In this document: piece by piece, positions 30,201-36,875 of the stretch
Position numbering within the stretch: position 1 is the stretch's first letter
How the letters are laid out: each line of letters starts with the position of its first letter
Virus record (IMG/VR): IMGVR_UViG_3300048839_001082
Location: 1-64,000 of that record
DNA length: 64,000 nucleotides
Direction: 5' to 3' (one strand)
Source of the DNA: a virus
Notes under the pieces: generated by a model
The model's database searches: none
What the model was told of the DNA's origin: nothing
Seen by the model: the letters and a program-made list of their open reading frames with translations, nothing else
Made by a program: the position numbers and the translations under genes

Positions 30201-31125
30201 TAAAGATGCAGCATCTATCCAGCACCCTACGACGTATGGTTCCCTTGGTATATTAAGAACTGTTCGTCCTTACGGACCAGCTGATGATCCAGATCTTACA
30301 GGTGGTGCTGTTAATCAATGGTTTGAAATTAACGGAATGGTGGGATTCCGAAAATCCACAAATGCAACTACGTGGGGCAGTTGGGAGTATGTTCCTAATG
30401 GCAAAATTAAAAGTAGCAATGTCACCACATTTATTGACTCCGCGGCTATTGGTTGGGCACAAATCGGTAATCTAGATATAAATGCCAATGGTTATTTACG
30501 ATCTGTCAAACCAAGCTATGGCAGTGCCACTGCCGGTATTTATCTTGCTTATAATAATGGTGTCCCTCATTTAGACATTGGTGATTCAACAAAGTATTTT
30601 CGTTGGAGTGGAACTGATTTATTGGTCGGTGGAGACATCATTGCCACCGGGAATATCAAGGCGAGGAATGTTACTAACTCTATATCCAATTCTCTTCAAA
30701 ATTTTCAATTGCCAGTAACAGGAGGAAATGGTGCTTATCAAAGACTTATTGTCGGTGATTTTACTAAAGAACATGCAGGTTCAAAAGTTTTTTTATACTT
30801 AACACTTGTTTTAAATATAAATATAGTGAGTGGAGTTAATGGAGGTCTTGCTTCTTTAGTAGTTCCAGTGGCAGTTATAGGTGGTAAAGGAGCTGAGTCT
30901 TACATTTTTAGATATCCTGTTTCATCTTATTATACATCAAGTCCTATTAATATTCCTATATCGTTTTCAATGGACATTACCCCTTATGTATACGATGGAT
31001 CTCCCAATCCTATAAATATTGATATTAATTATATACAGTTGGTAAATGCTAATCAAGTTTCATTTAATTGGATTAGTACTGCTTTCTTATCAGGATCGTG
31101 CATTGTAACAGAATTGAAAGTATAG
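24214..31125 (+). CDS. central tail fibre/host-specificity (gpJ-like) protein, 2303 aa
   Basis: SNNSALCLLDYL and ID.ESF tip motifs, FN3-like segment, four Trp/Pro-rich repeats, collagen-like G-x-x runs. Confidence 0.85.
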   Translation: MPGGNPYEDYAASVDAQSAAEAAVVPEQYNTVTIPGTVLNKTVEGEKNEFLFIQQALCVGPIQGVYDVLIDDGLGLTEPSLGAAGYEDLDAKPLYQSAAMRFDIHNGNGEEADNILVKNFPSRYSAKFPNTANASICVKLDRENPQFNGVPNAQFFIEGKLVRDITRSGSVGAYTYALTGFVYSNNSALCLLDYLLLSEGGKGLSASQIDLESFYDARILCDTPVLDNALIGGRIWRPESGRRSVSQRNLPLYECNIVIDTEKTIRENVEAILNTMGDARLVWSQSKYKLVVAYPDSNAAIPYSGEITDDELVLGEPIDISWPTSSERLNFCTVRFRNESMDFKEDSVSWPPKQSGTYLRGIGAYSYPIVTGWPLGETTSVFMNANAVWTGGTDNTFVWKFAVKNSGAHTLDIAVDDDGLLNVRRNGILESNATNVGTGNNWRNFVTRSFNWVEDDIIEVTILANNYQGRIAGVAGRVLNVALQAQIWTTRSPAYTDFVTVNQDKTVYDEFLTEDNNILLEADIFADGISDYYHALAKAEEMVRTSRSAFIIEFTYKIKDRYYEPGDFVKLTSSTLNFDELPLKTDEIKSKDDFTATVKATRFDYTQLAWNVNDNEYIAPKAAYDFLLNAPSEVVLDREIISNLQSSGTVRWKSTGDSKIIGYIVYVNKGGDNDANGYPLFTEVGRTGISEEFELPTLGYMYGGVGVKAISNTSSSKMTVNAQVIFNNRKIALTSSDTQFIRRGPVDEPSTITLTAHIAGYVNPVIHWYKNDVLLPDSSTTLVISSDPDGLSVVYRLTVEESEFVWNGEHRTALYSTITIATLSVGNAAFTDYIFRRALTMPATPTEQGMPAGWYDTPPTPNGNPLWVTWAEKDSDGFLITSWVTPVNIESGDIHVQYSKDGIADWHDVFAPGDLFIHYNVNGGAWSAAIQISFEGIDYLTTHFIFTRSLLDPPALDNTADEPVGWLDAPPTNTLLGPLWFSTGQRYKNGQLNNVWSPPVKLEGEGVIAEYSVTGLPGTWHSVFAEGDLYGRYKVGDGDWSIAARIVAENGTYVSYIFKRSATDISGTRPTGNDPTSNQGWFDAPPAANVNGDPLWASFANKTLDDVVIGLWSFPVQLEGGAFKIEYSDDGLGDWNATFNGTTHKWARVSQDNGAHWSPSYKIVGEDGTSFVLKGTKATVGDLPASGNAVGDIWIVTADGNGYAWDGDSWNNVGSIQGPEGAAGKYSTFVFKRAPATPVPTTPTGNDPTAQGWLDSPPAADNGKPLWVSTTYKTAAGVLISPGWTTPVQLEGSAVKVQYSDDAAGTNGWFDTFNGTTHKWAHYSTDGGFNWSASIKIVGEDGADAIYVDLTSESDVTAAEADGTGYVLPSSNQLKLYVGGVHTTVGVTYGGNGTVSGLTASINTSGVITFSGASWTSDTVEFTFTATLNSISYSAKYTYAKSRKGSDSIFPDLLSEADVISANLSGVLTASLPTGNKFNLHKGGFIIPSAQVVFGGSTTRNGLTLNIGASTGVITLTQNPTWTSLSESFVLTATYGPPGSEVVYSKIYTISKAQQGATGDAGSKGDTGEQGAPTYTWVAYANDANGTTLFSTTDPVGRAYIGLAFNQLTPTPEAWPGYYTWSLIKGEQGIPGVGIQGPPSYTWIAYANNATGLNFNTGAWTNETYIGIAVNKSTADESGSVWSDYVWSKIQGSKGDTGNPGQRTIILTCYKWYMSAPAVNDYTQVVTYTWAGGPISYPGGTIAWATAAPANTLGEGASLYQLELHITDLTGISTQTVSNWSAAKLNVIGYTPAGIVGANGQSARKAYKVTTILSPAPSVTAGVGDAAPTGGWSFIATTTLASYEYQFTVDGILTPGGNITWGNPYLASWKVGNLQAIAVDTGALNVSLGMTISDTGSIASSGATAFGTGVGIWQGYEAGQYKARWGNPTGARVQWTGTNFQVYNTNNQLVLSAGGAVWDYVTGTGKPANNAGTVIDGSRTTNPQPQEFPPHETFYLKDAASIQHPTTYGSLGILRTVRPYGPADDPDLTGGAVNQWFEINGMVGFRKSTNATTWGSWEYVPNGKIKSSNVTTFIDSAAIGWAQIGNLDINANGYLRSVKPSYGSATAGIYLAYNNGVPHLDIGDSTKYFRWSGTDLLVGGDIIATGNIKARNVTNSISNSLQNFQLPVTGGNGAYQRLIVGDFTKEHAGSKVFLYLTLVLNINIVSGVNGGLASLVVPVAVIGGKGAESYIFRYPVSSYYTSSPINIPISFSMDITPYVYDGSPNPINIDINYIQLVNANQVSFNWISTAFLSGSCIVTELKV

Positions 31126-31126
31126 T

Positions 31127-31717
31127 ATGCAATATTTTAAATCGGATGAATATGGAAATATTATTCAAATATTACAATCAGACCACGGAATTAACGATAT
31201 TTCTTTTATACAATATGAGAATGATCTTTCAAAACACTGGTATAACATAAGCACGCAGACCGTTATTCAATATACTGATCTACAACAGACAAACAAACGT
31301 AATTATAAAATTGGTGCTACGCATTGGTCTAATGCAACAATGGAATGGGTGATTCCTGATGCACTCAATAACGCAAAACGCCTAGCCAATTCAAAGATAA
31401 CATATGCACGTTCTCTCGCGACATTATCTAGCTTTACCTATGACGGAAAAGAAATTGCCACGGATTCATTATCAAGATCAGATATTGATGGAATTTCTAG
31501 TTATGTTGCGTTATTTGGAGCATTGCCGTCCAACTTTCCGAACGCATGGAAAGCGATGGATAATACATATGTTTCAATTCCCGATGTCGCGACTTGGAAA
31601 TTATTCATAACTGCGATGGTCGCTAAAGGCACGACAAATTTTCTCAATTCAGAAACAAAAAAATCATCAATTGCGTCAGCGCTCACGGTGGAGGAAGTTG
31701 AGGCCATCCAATGGTAA
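31127..31717 (+). CDS. tail fibre-associated protein (DUF4376-like)
   Basis: F.YDG....D..SR..I.G, WKAMDN.YV and terminal A.T.EEV.AI.W motifs. Confidence 0.7.
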   Translation: MQYFKSDEYGNIIQILQSDHGINDISFIQYENDLSKHWYNISTQTVIQYTDLQQTNKRNYKIGATHWSNATMEWVIPDALNNAKRLANSKITYARSLATLSSFTYDGKEIATDSLSRSDIDGISSYVALFGALPSNFPNAWKAMDNTYVSIPDVATWKLFITAMVAKGTTNFLNSETKKSSIASALTVEEVEAIQW

Positions 31718-31902
31718 TCCCTTTGCATGAAATCGGAGAAGATATCGCTAGATTGATTATTGAGGTACATCAAACGGCGGCTCAATTGGAGAATCTTGCA
31801 GTATCTAAAAGATTACGTAAACTAGCCGATGAGTTAGATGAATGTAGAAAAGTTGTTTTAGCATCAGACGAATATTTGAATTCAAAATGGGGAGATTTGT
31901 GA
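31711..31902 (+). CDS. hypothetical protein, 63 aa
   Basis: Coupled ORF with GAGG RBS. Confidence 0.55.
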   Translation: MVIPLHEIGEDIARLIIEVHQTAAQLENLAVSKRLRKLADELDECRKVVLASDEYLNSKWGDL

Positions 31903-32334
31903 ATGATTCGTGTCGCATTTCGCTATAAAGATCCCAGATTTTTTTCAAGAGCGGTTTGCTTGTTGCAAGGCGGTGATAGCGCACATTGTGAAATTGCTTG
32001 GAAATGGGAAAATGATACGCACATTTGCGTGAGTGCCTCTTTTCTTGATGGAGGTGTTCGTACTAAAAGTATTAATATGTCTAAAGAAAAATGGCGTATT
32101 TACGAGATGCAAGGCTCACCTGAATTGGTACGTGCTTGGCTTTTCAGAAATAAGGGCGCTCCCTATGATGTCTTAGGTCTAATGGGGTTCATCTTTAGAA
32201 GAATTAAAGGCTGGCGAAATGCTTGGTTTTGTTCTGAAGTGGCCGCTGAAGTTTTAGGATTGCCTGACCCTTGGAGATATGATTTAAATTTACTTGAAAG
32301 CATATGTATCAGATATGGTACTCGTGTTAATTAA
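31903..32334 (+). CDS. permuted papain-like (NlpC/P60-related) peptidase/amidase
   Basis: His-before-Cys arrangement SAHCEI...YDVLG...WFCSEV. Confidence 0.65.
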   Translation: MIRVAFRYKDPRFFSRAVCLLQGGDSAHCEIAWKWENDTHICVSASFLDGGVRTKSINMSKEKWRIYEMQGSPELVRAWLFRNKGAPYDVLGLMGFIFRRIKGWRNAWFCSEVAAEVLGLPDPWRYDLNLLESICIRYGTRVN

Positions 32335-32435
32335 AATGTATCAATGAAGCTCGTCGAATGAGGTTCGGGAACTCTGACCGGGTGACGCTCCAGGTTGCCC
32401 CAAGTCGGCCCGAAACGCGTCGAAGGCGAGCCGAA

Positions 32436-32490
32436 CGCCGCCACCCCCTGACCACCCCCATGCGGGGCGGGTCGCGGGGCAAGGTGGGCG
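32436..32490. other. GC-rich intergenic hairpin with G-quadruplex-type G-tracts
   Basis: C-tracts pair with GGGGCGGGTCGCGGGGCAAGGTGGG; strongly GC-rich against an AT-rich background. Confidence 0.5.
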
Positions 32491-32549
32491 TTTTTAGGTC
32501 ACGTATTTTCAGTGCGGATTTTTTCCACGGGAGCGCGATTTCGATTGAA

Positions 32550-32569
32550 AAAGCTGTTAAATTAACCCA
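32550..32569 (+). promoter_or_regulatory. candidate phage RNAP promoter upstream of the lysis genes
   Basis: AAAGCTGTTAAATTAACCCA, near-identical to 7890..7909. Confidence 0.6.
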
Positions 32570-32666
32570 TTCCGACGTGCCCCCTATATTAATTCCTTAG
32601 AGTTCCCCAAGGAGTTACCGTTAATATCCGCTGTTTCTAATTGATAAAGATTAGTAAAGGATAGTA

Positions 32667-33212
32667 ATGGAATTAATAGCTGCAGTATTCGGTTTCTTTG
32701 CTCCATTTCTGACTGAAGCGTTTAAGATATTTCAGAAGAAACAAGATAATGCTCATGAGCTCTCCATGATGAGAATTCAGATTGAAGCTAAAGCACAAGA
32801 ACATGTTTATAGAATGGAAGAGATTAATGCTAATGCTGATATCGCTGAAATGAGCACTCTCAGAGCTGCTCCTACATCTTTCGGTGTACAGTTGATCGAT
32901 GCAGCTGCTAATAAGAATTTTAGCAAGTGGATGATTGGCCCGGTATTTTATCTATTTGCCATTCTTGATTTTATATCCAGTCTCGTGAGACCCACGATCA
33001 CTTACGCGGCTTTCACGTTTTACGCGGCAGTGAAGTGGGCTCAGTTTGAGCATGCTCGTACATATCTTGGAAGCAATTATAGCGCGCTTTTGCAGATATG
33101 GACGACTTCAGATATGTCCATTGTTATTTTAGTGCTATCCTATTGGTTTGGACAAAGAGCAGCTAAGGCAGCCTTTGGTGGCTCAGCTAATACAATAACC
33201 AAAGGTGGCTAA
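32667..33212 (+). CDS. putative holin (3TM-holin-like)
   Basis: Transmembrane segments with VRP.ITY and YWFG.R motifs; directly upstream of the endolysin. Confidence 0.65.
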   Translation: MELIAAVFGFFAPFLTEAFKIFQKKQDNAHELSMMRIQIEAKAQEHVYRMEEINANADIAEMSTLRAAPTSFGVQLIDAAANKNFSKWMIGPVFYLFAILDFISSLVRPTITYAAFTFYAAVKWAQFEHARTYLGSNYSALLQIWTTSDMSIVILVLSYWFGQRAAKAAFGGSANTITKGG

Positions 33213-33712
33213 TGGACAAAGAAGTCTTAGAATTGGTGAAAACAATTGCAATGCCATTCGAAAGACTTTATTTAGATGCGTATTGGGACCCTCATCCTCA
33301 CGGTCTTCCGACACAAGGATGGGGTCGTCTCCTCTCTCGCTACAGTCGGAAAATGCATCTAGATGAAGGTAAAACTTTAGAGCAAGCTAATGAATGGCTT
33401 CGCACCACATATCCACGAATAACCAGAGACACGGCTGATGAATGGCTTGAAGAAGATATTGAAAAGGCTAATAAAGCGGTTAAACGATTGGTCAAGGTCT
33501 CACTCACTCCGGGACAAGAAGCTGCCTTAACTGATTTTGCCTATAACGTAGGACCGGGCAATTTACAAATTAGCACACTTCTTAGAATGATAAATCGAGG
33601 TGACTTCCCGGATGCCGTTGAAGAATTTGAGAAGTGGAATAAATCAGGGGGTGTTGTTCTTAAAGGTCTAGTTCGCCGTAGAGCGGCTGAAGTTTTGATG
33701 TTTATGCTTTGA
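33212..33712 (+). CDS. endolysin, phage lysozyme (GH24)
   Basis: FE.....AY.D...T.GWG, AL.DFAYNVG and KW.K.GG.VLKGLVRRR.AE motifs. Confidence 0.9.
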   Translation: MDKEVLELVKTIAMPFERLYLDAYWDPHPHGLPTQGWGRLLSRYSRKMHLDEGKTLEQANEWLRTTYPRITRDTADEWLEEDIEKANKAVKRLVKVSLTPGQEAALTDFAYNVGPGNLQISTLLRMINRGDFPDAVEEFEKWNKSGGVVLKGLVRRRAAEVLMFML

Positions 33713-33713
33713 T

Positions 33714-33935
33714 ATGGAAATCATACATTTGGTCGCTGTTACCCATATCAATAATACGACTTTGAGAACAGTTGAGATGGAAGATAAAACTTTTAGAACC
33801 ATTGAATTTCCATTTAAAGGAGAACCGACCGTACTTGAAAGTTATTCGAAAGTATTCGAATCGACCATTGGTCATGTAAATTGGGCGCATGTAATAAAGA
33901 CGCGCAGAGATTCAAACAATCAACTTGAGGAATAA
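33714..33935 (+). CDS. hypothetical protein
   Basis: Closely packed ORF after the endolysin. Confidence 0.55.
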   Translation: MEIIHLVAVTHINNTTLRTVEMEDKTFRTIEFPFKGEPTVLESYSKVFESTIGHVNWAHVIKTRRDSNNQLEE

Positions 33936-33936
33936 T

Positions 33937-34326
33937 ATGTTTAGTGTAACCGCAACTTTTTCTTTTCTGAACGCGAATGGCTCTCCCGCTAAAGATCCTG
34001 TGATCGAAAAGTGGAACGGTCTCGAGAAGATGAAAGTCGTCGATCAACTTGAAGATCGTTTTTTAGAATTTTTATTGAAGTTAAATCAAGTCGCCACTGA
34101 TGTTGGACATGGTAGAGTTGAAAAGCCCTCCACCACGAATCCTGTGGAAGTTCAATTGGAAGTTTTGGTTACTGAAGATGGAAAGAAGTGGACCAGAGCC
34201 GTTTTCGAATGGCCTAATATGGGCGAAGAGCAACAGGCAGTGATGTTAGGCTTATTCTACGGTGAAATGGCCACTCTCGATAAAGATACTGCTGATAAGA
34301 AAGAAAGCAAGAGCAAACAAAGATGA
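33937..34326 (+). CDS. hypothetical protein
   Basis: GAGG RBS before ATG 33937. Confidence 0.65.
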   Translation: MFSVTATFSFLNANGSPAKDPVIEKWNGLEKMKVVDQLEDRFLEFLLKLNQVATDVGHGRVEKPSTTNPVEVQLEVLVTEDGKKWTRAVFEWPNMGEEQQAVMLGLFYGEMATLDKDTADKKESKSKQR

Positions 34327-34429
34327 ATTTCCTATTTCGTATTAAACTCAGACTTCTGTATTGGGTGGGATACGCAGAAGGTCGCTTCGATTTACTCACT
34401 AAATTGTTAAAATAACCTTCTGAAAAATT

Positions 34430-34454
34430 GCGGAAAAAGGGGTATCTTATATGA
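34430..34454 (+). promoter_or_regulatory. candidate early promoter GCG-N9-GTATCTTATATGA (copy 1)
   Basis: 13-nt core repeated exactly at 38214..38226; both copies are intergenic and precede gene blocks. Confidence 0.55.
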
Positions 34455-34490
34455 GAAGTAGAGATACCCCTTAACCCAATAGGAGATCAA

Positions 34491-34685
34491 ATGCTAGACT
34501 TCCATGCCCATGCTCGTAGAGAGCTTGATGCAACAGCATTACGTTGCAGATTAGAAGCGAATGTACTCGAAGCGAAGCGGACATTTAAAAATGATCCTCC
34601 AGAGCTTCAGATGGAGATTGATTATCTCCGTCACAAGGCCTCTAAGCTTGATGCTGAAAGAGAACGACTGGAATTTCGAGATTAA
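34491..34685 (+). CDS. hypothetical protein, 64 aa
   Basis: AGGAG RBS. Confidence 0.65.
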   Translation: MLDFHAHARRELDATALRCRLEANVLEAKRTFKNDPPELQMEIDYLRHKASKLDAERERLEFRD

Positions 34686-34689
34686 GTTC

Positions 34690-34960
34690 TGTGGGTAACT
34701 CCTACGGCGTGGTGGTCACCACGAAATAAGTGACGCCTTCGACAGGTATGTCGACCCAGTCTTACAAAGGGGTATTAATACTAGTGAGGGCGGCTAGCAC
34801 CGTCTCAATTGCGATGAGTAACCATGCTAGTGGTCTCATGTCGGATTCGTAACCGACACAGCTGGTAGGCTATCCCTTCTACCGCCGGCTAATGAAATGA
34901 AGGAACCCATCTGAAATATGGTGGGACCACTTAAGCATCTTCGAAAGAGGGTGGTTTACA
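34690..34960 (+). ncRNA. putative structured RNA block A
   Basis: About 270 nt without an ORF, tiled by hairpins; complementary loops CTAGCA/TGCTAG; CTGAAA T-loop-like element. Confidence 0.45.
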
Positions 34961-34970
34961 GGAGAAAACC

Positions 34971-35195
34971 ATGTGCGAGCTTTGTGTTCTCGGGGGTTGG
35001 CCAGAAGGTGAATGCTTCTGGAGTGAAAAGAACAAGAACGAGGAATCAATCATGATTGACTCGATCATGATTCACGACGACGCGGCCGCGAATGATCTTC
35101 TCGCGAGTGAGCGTCTCGATCTGTTGTGGGAATACGTCTGTGATTTCTACAGTACACCCAGGCAGACTTACGCGCGTTTTGTTTTCGGGGTTTGA
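34971..35195 (+). CDS. hypothetical protein
   Basis: AGGAG RBS; alternative start at 35052. Confidence 0.5.
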   Translation: MCELCVLGGWPEGECFWSEKNKNEESIMIDSIMIHDDAAANDLLASERLDLLWEYVCDFYSTPRQTYARFVFGV

Positions 35196-35280
35196 ATACA
35201 TGCATGGTGCTGACCCTGTGCATGCTAAGCCTCCGACGAGGCGGAGTCAGCTAGGAAAAACTGTGTCACCGAATTGACAC

Positions 35281-35317
35281 GCCGGATCAGTAACCGGCAT
35301 TAATTTTTTTTTTTCGA
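35281..35317 (+). terminator. hairpin plus A-T11-CGA terminator-like signal (copy 1)
   Basis: GCCGG-ATCAGTAA-CCGGC then T11CGA; the same T11CGA occurs at 39351..39365. Confidence 0.6.
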
Positions 35318-35331
35318 CCAAAGGAGTCAAA

Positions 35332-35628
35332 ATGACGAAGTACATCGGAAATGCGTTTTCTCTGGCGATGGTCCGCGATGAGGATCTAAATAAGGTCTTC
35401 ATGGTCCCTTGCATGGAGCCTGATAGTCGTGAGTGTGTGTCCGTGGTTGGACACGCGGATACGGCGGCCATGCTGGGTGTTGCCTTCAATCGGGTCAGTC
35501 TTCAACTCGAGCCTGGCGACGAACTTTATGTTGCCCAGTATCAAGGAGGACGGCTTCCTGAGGGTGCCACAACGTTGCCGGAGGGTAGTAGTTTCCGGTG
35601 GATCCTTGTTAGTGTTAGAGATTTTTAA
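35332..35628 (+). CDS. DUF1874/STIV B116-like protein
   Basis: YIGNAFSL.M, S.VGH.DTA..L, NR..L.L.PGD and RLPEG motifs. Confidence 0.75.
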   Translation: MTKYIGNAFSLAMVRDEDLNKVFMVPCMEPDSRECVSVVGHADTAAMLGVAFNRVSLQLEPGDELYVAQYQGGRLPEGATTLPEGSSFRWILVSVRDF

Positions 35629-35637
35629 GGAGAGCAC

Positions 35638-35814
35638 ATGCAAATGCACATCGGGCAAATGTCCAAGCCGAAAGGCACAATGAAATCTCCCGCTCAAATG
35701 CGAGAGATGTCCGAGGCTCTGAATAAGAGTATTAGGAAACATGCGATGGACAATCATTGGGGAAGCCAACCAACGACATTTCCTGAAACAACCCGTAACC
35801 AACGAAAGGACTGA
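35638..35814 (+). CDS. hypothetical protein, 58 aa (MQMHIGQMSKPK...)
   Basis: TAAGGAG RBS; stop overlaps the next start; below the ORF-track cutoff. Confidence 0.6.
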   Translation: MQMHIGQMSKPKGTMKSPAQMREMSEALNKSIRKHAMDNHWGSQPTTFPETTRNQRKD

Positions 35815-36083
35815 TGATGTCAAACGACAAGAACCTCGGTAAGTTCATGGCCAAGATCGCCATGTCTGCCGATGAGGCGACCAAGGAAAGCATTCGTGCT
35901 TTCCAGGAAGAGCTCAAGCAGCGCAATCAGGAGATGATCCTGAACAAGCTGAGGGAGGTCCACACGTTGATTGAACGTCAGGTGCAGAACTTGCGTGCGT
36001 TGCGTGCACGCGAAAAGACTCATCTGGCTGAGATTCGTCGTCTGGAGGACTTGGCGAACAGCATCGTCTCCGGTAAGGAGTGA
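35814..36083 (+). CDS. hypothetical coiled-coil protein
   Basis: AAGGA RBS; heptad-rich sequence. Confidence 0.7.
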   Translation: MMSNDKNLGKFMAKIAMSADEATKESIRAFQEELKQRNQEMILNKLREVHTLIERQVQNLRALRAREKTHLAEIRRLEDLANSIVSGKE

Positions 36084-36085
36084 TG

Positions 36086-36375
36086 TTGCGCGGGGCATAC
36101 CGATGATCGGCACCGCGTTATAAATAAGTCGTGAAACGGTACGTAACGGTTCTCACGGACCGTTCGTCTATGCTATATTAAATTAAACTTTATAGGGTAT
36201 AGCTTGAGTCTTGATGACCAAAAAGCCGCCCCTCGCCTTGTGCAAAATCTCAATCCGTCCTCGTGACGGAGGCAGCCACCCCGTACAATCTTTATGGTCC
36301 TTTATCAGAACTATAATAGATGAAAAGGTGGAACCACTGCCTTAAGCGTCCCAAGTGGATTCTTAAGGCAGTGCA
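36086..36375 (+). ncRNA. putative structured RNA block C
   Basis: ORF-free, with multiple hairpins and pseudoknot-compatible segments. Confidence 0.35.
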
Positions 36376-36406
36376 ATTGTGCTCTGCAACGACCAATGGA
36401 GTCGAT

Positions 36407-36499
36407 ATGCTCGTACGTCTGAAGAGTGACCGGAGTGTTGTAACCTGGATGTCCATTGAGCATTTGGAACATCTGTGGCATCGGTGGGAACCTGCGTAA
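36407..36499 (+). CDS. small hypothetical peptide, 30 aa (MLVRLKSDRSVV...)
   Basis: GGAG RBS; lies between two long hairpins. Confidence 0.4.
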   Translation: MLVRLKSDRSVVTWMSIEHLEHLWHRWEPA

Positions 36500-36573
36500 T
36501 TAACGCAGGAAGCTGATAGTTAGGGCATCGATCAAAAGTCGGTGCCTTAAAATCAGTTTAACAAGGAGACTGT

Positions 36574-36807
36574 ATGGATTCAAGAGAGACTGCCCATTTT
36601 GTGGAAGGTGCGATGATGGAGTACTATCGTCGCAACGAATGGAATCCTGAAGACTATACTCGGTATACTCAGGAAACGATCAATAAGGTCTGGAGGTATC
36701 TGACTCAACCGAGTCAAACCATTGATGCGTCTTACACGGATATTCAAGCGCACATCGCGCTCGAAGCAGGTAAGATTCATTTTCCGCAAAGTCTCAAGCG
36801 CCGCTAG
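36574..36807 (+). CDS. hypothetical protein
   Basis: AAGGAG RBS; stop codon lies within the 5' end of tRNA-Arg. Confidence 0.65.
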   Translation: MDSRETAHFVEGAMMEYYRRNEWNPEDYTRYTQETINKVWRYLTQPSQTIDASYTDIQAHIALEAGKIHFPQSLKRR

Positions 36808-36873
36808 CTCAGGGGATAGAGCAACGGCCTTCTAAGCCGTAGGCCGCTGGTTCGAATCCAGCGCGGTGCGCCA
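36798..36873 (+). tRNA. tRNA-Arg (TCT)
   Basis: GCGCCGC/GCGGTGC acceptor stem, ACGGC-CTTCTAA-GCCGT anticodon arm, GGTTCGAATCC, encoded CCA. Confidence 0.95.
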
Positions 36874-36875
36874 GT

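Noticed and set aside
24214-31717. Diversity-generating retroelement acting on the tail fibre
   Set aside because: No reverse transcriptase in the window and no template/variable repeat pair differing at adenines was seen; fibre repeats are diverged protein repeats
32358-32600. 80-aa ORF MRFGNSDRV...
   Set aside because: No clear RBS, Arg/Pro-rich translation of a GC-rich structured region, and it overlaps the promoter-like motif; more likely non-coding
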